Of a stretch of 30,306 bases of DNA, positions 28,901 through 30,306 are shown piece by piece. The position numbers and the translations under genes are program-made. The stretch comes from Macrostomum lignano (lineage: Eukaryota): positions 1 through 30,306 of the forward strand of contig NIVC01003850.1 of NCBI GenBank assembly GCA_002269645.1. The letters run 5' to 3'. Position 1 is the first letter of the stretch. Every line of letters starts with the position of its first letter. The notes under the pieces were generated by a model. It did no database searches, was not told the origin of the DNA, and worked only from the letters and a program-made list of their open reading frames with translations.

Positions 28901-30306
28901 CCAAGGCACAGTGAAGTGTACATGCCTAACGATAAATAAAGTTATGGCCCCTGCGCATGACGGCGTACGTATCCGCGCGCTTGTGTGTGCCTGCTCAGGG
29001 GAGTCGGCAGAATTGGCAGTAATGCCTTTCACCGGTTGTGCAACAATGTCGCTCAAAGTTCTCCAGGCCTCCTGCCTCTTAAAATCTTTAATTTTCAGTT
29101 TTTAGTAGTCGTTTTTGAAAACTGCTTGAATTTTTCTTAGAAACAAAGAATTTTTCTTAGAAACATTGATTTTTTTTCTTAAAAACAACGAATTTTTCTT
29201 AGAAACATTGATTTTTTTCTTAGAAACAATGAATTTTTCTTAGAAACACTGATTTTTTCTTAAAAACAAAAAATTTTTTCACATTTTTAAAAGGTTGTCC
29301 GAAGGGCTACAAGAAAATTGTGCGAGTCGATCGCTACTGGAAGAAGCTGATCAAGGTGCAATACCTGCTTGAAGATCACAAGTGTCGCAAGAAGACAACC
29401 ACCAGAAAGTACCGGGTTGCTTGTCCACCAGCTAAAAAGGAGGCTCGATGCGACAAGGTCACCGGTGCCAAGGTGTTCAAGAAAATCTGGTACGTCCTCA
29501 AAATGGCGACTGCGTCAAGAGGCGGTCGAAACGAGTGGCGAGACTGCGTGAGTTTCGATTTGCGCTTTTTGCTAGATTTTTGACACTTTAAATCGCATTC
29601 CTATCTATAAAGCTGGTGCCAGACAGTGTAAAATACTCATTTAGTAAATATTTTAAATATTTTTGGATGGTTTCATAGATAATGATCCTGTCTAACAGGT
29701 GATGATCCTGTCTAACAGGTGATGACCCTGTCTAACAGGTGATGATCCTGTCTAACAGGTGATGATTTGTCTAACAGGTGATGATCCTGTCTAACAGGTG
29801 ATGATCCTCTCTAACAGGTGATGACCCTGTCTAACAGGTGATGATCCTGTCTAACAAGTGATGATCCTGTCTAACAGGTGATGATCCTGTCTAACAGATG
29901 ATGACCCTGTCTAACAGGTGATGATCCTGTCTAACAGGTGATGACCCTGTCTAAGAGGCTATGATCCTGTCTAACAGATGATGACCCTGTCTAACAGTCT
30001 ATGATCCTTCTAACAGGTGATGAACTTGTCTAACAGGTAATCACCATGTCTAACAGGCTATGATCATGTCTGATTGTCTGTATATCCCTGTCTGGAGCAA
30101 GTTATGTATTTTGTCTGTTTGTCTGTGCAATTTACAAGCTTTTCTGCAGACTAAACTGAATTAGAGTTCGAACTCACGCAGACTGCCTGCACGGTGTCTA
30201 CCGACACGTCGGGCCCTGCCATCGCTCTGGCGGCAAAGGCGTCTCACGCTATCGCAAAGTCCGCTACGAATATTATCGCCGAAAGAAGGGCAGCTGCAGC
30301 TGCGAG
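22908..30306 (+). CDS. Gene 2, spliced CDS, 3'-partial: secreted VWD-C8-TIL-ShK-ShK-(Cys/Lys/Arg repeat)n mucin-like protein. Exons: 22908-22986, 23742-24016, 24708-25195, 25803-26237, 26871-27008, 27513-27805, 28202-28595, 29294-29547, 30182->30306. Needs six 1-base insertions to be open (829 codons so far).
   Basis: Signal peptide, recognisable VWD/C8/TIL/ShK cysteine patterns and canonical splice sites. Intron phases only agree once the six -1 shifts are repaired. Confidence 0.8.
23085..23690. repeat. Degenerate ~38-bp minisatellite TGGTAGATTAGGGTAGACATTGAGAGGTAATTATAAT
   Basis: Direct inspection; gene 2 intron 1. Confidence 0.85.
23742..24016 (+). CDS. Gene 2 exon 2, VWD N-terminal half
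   Basis: ctcaatag|AC TGT TAC; CYASVGGARGHIYQFDG resembles the VWD motif CxxxGDPHYxTFDG; ACC|gtgagt. Confidence 0.85.
24052..24527 (-). repeat. Minisatellite GGATCTGGGAGGCTGGCCCAGCAACTGA, reverse complement of the 3338-4262 family
   Basis: Direct inspection. Confidence 0.95.
24708..25195 (+). CDS. Gene 2 exon 3, VWD C-terminal half plus C8 domain (two -1 shifts, ~24968 and ~25120)
   Basis: FWVGFDGDWTATYWLSGKYRGKLEGLAGDCDG (VWD); CLSSAAKREAVHRCSRVINGKDGCLNREVLRPCIADAC and then SWRHRSGCP (C8) lie in successive frames. Confidence 0.75.
25309..25711. repeat. 46-50-bp minisatellite CAGGTGAAATCAGAGATAAGGTGG...GGCGGCCCTCTCTCCTCA
   Basis: Nine CAGGTGAAATC occurrences. Confidence 0.95.
25803..26237 (+). 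CDS. Gene 2 exon 4, TIL domain (25811-25984) plus two ShK-like domains (26003-26113, 26123-26236)
   Basis: CGPNEHF...CPATC...GCRCKRGFVLDSSNRCVPPKEC; CLDRMPRKKCLKWRARGRCKRYPEVMARFCRLTCGHC; phase 1/1. Confidence 0.9.
26330..26780. repeat. 25-bp minisatellite GCGCCAAAATAGAGTGTCAGTTTAG
   Basis: Direct inspection; degenerate edges. Confidence 0.9.
26871..27008 (+). CDS. Gene 2 exon 5, one basic Cys repeat
   Basis: tattcag|GC TGC CCA ... TGC GGG G|gtgagt; 138 nt, phase 1/1. Confidence 0.85.
27102..27465. repeat. 15-16-bp minisatellite GGGGCTTTAGCACCAA switching to GGGCGCCAGCACCAA
   Basis: Direct inspection. Confidence 0.95.
27513..27805 (+). CDS. Gene 2 exon 6, two basic Cys repeats (-1 shift ~27599)
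   Basis: tttgcag|CC TGT CCC ... ATT A|gtgagc; 293 nt +1 = 98 codons. Confidence 0.8.
27857..28036 (+). mobile_element. tRNA-derived CORE-like SINE, copy 2 (3' tail may extend to ~28190)
   Basis: Aligns along its length with 13568-13753. Confidence 0.8.
28202..28595 (+). CDS. Gene 2 exon 7, three basic Cys repeats (-1 shifts ~28386 and ~28569)
   Basis: aatcacag|AA TGC ... TGC T|gtgagt; 394 nt +2 = 132 codons. Confidence 0.8.
28791..28910 (-). repeat. Dispersed repeat fragment, copy 2 (element may span ~28690-29090)
   Basis: Reverse complement matches 13442-13566. Confidence 0.75.
29125..29280. repeat. AT-rich ~21-22-bp tandem repeat TTTTTCTTAGAAACA(AAGAA/TTGAT)
   Basis: Direct inspection. 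Confidence 0.8.
29294..29547 (+). CDS. Gene 2 exon 8, two basic Cys repeats (-1 shift ~29502)
   Basis: tttaaaag|GT TGT CCG ... CTG C|gtgagt; 254 nt +1 = 85 codons. Confidence 0.8.
29682..30065. repeat. 20-bp minisatellite GATGATCCTGTCTAACAGGT
   Basis: Direct inspection. Confidence 0.95.
30182..30306 (+). CDS. Gene 2 exon 9, truncated by the window end
   Basis: ctcacgcag|AC TGC; CLHGVYRHVGPCHRSGGKGVSRYRKVRYEYYRRKKGSCSCE. Confidence 0.8.

Noticed and set aside
28694-29105. Overlapping 120-aa ORFs on both strands
   Set aside because: Intronic, no recognisable domain, and they overlap a dispersed repeat fragment
24960-29510. Programmed -1 ribosomal frameshifting at the gene 2 shifts
   Set aside because: I saw no X-XXY-YYZ slippery heptamers at the sites, and six serial events would yield negligible full-length protein

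Overview
Eukaryotic (metazoan) genomic DNA with GT-AG introns. The minisatellite-filled introns suggest a flatworm such as Macrostomum, but this is inference only. There are two + strand genes. Gene 1 (5' end upstream of the window, stop at 16946) encodes a long coiled coil. Its first clear exon aligns by eye with the post-motor stalk of kinesin-6 (KIF20A/B). Its stalk is built from phase-0 exon modules, including five near-identical copies of a 29+45-codon exon pair. Gene 2 (ATG 22908, continuing past the window end) encodes a secreted protein: signal peptide, VWD, C8, TIL, two ShK-like domains, then tandem ~42-48-aa Cys/Lys/Arg-rich repeats I cannot assign to a family. As given, gene 2 has six apparent single-base deletions. 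Most long introns and the intergenic region each hold a different minisatellite. There are also two CORE-like tRNA-derived SINEs, a foldback MITE and a short dispersed repeat. Most long ORFs in the supplied track are repeat artefacts.
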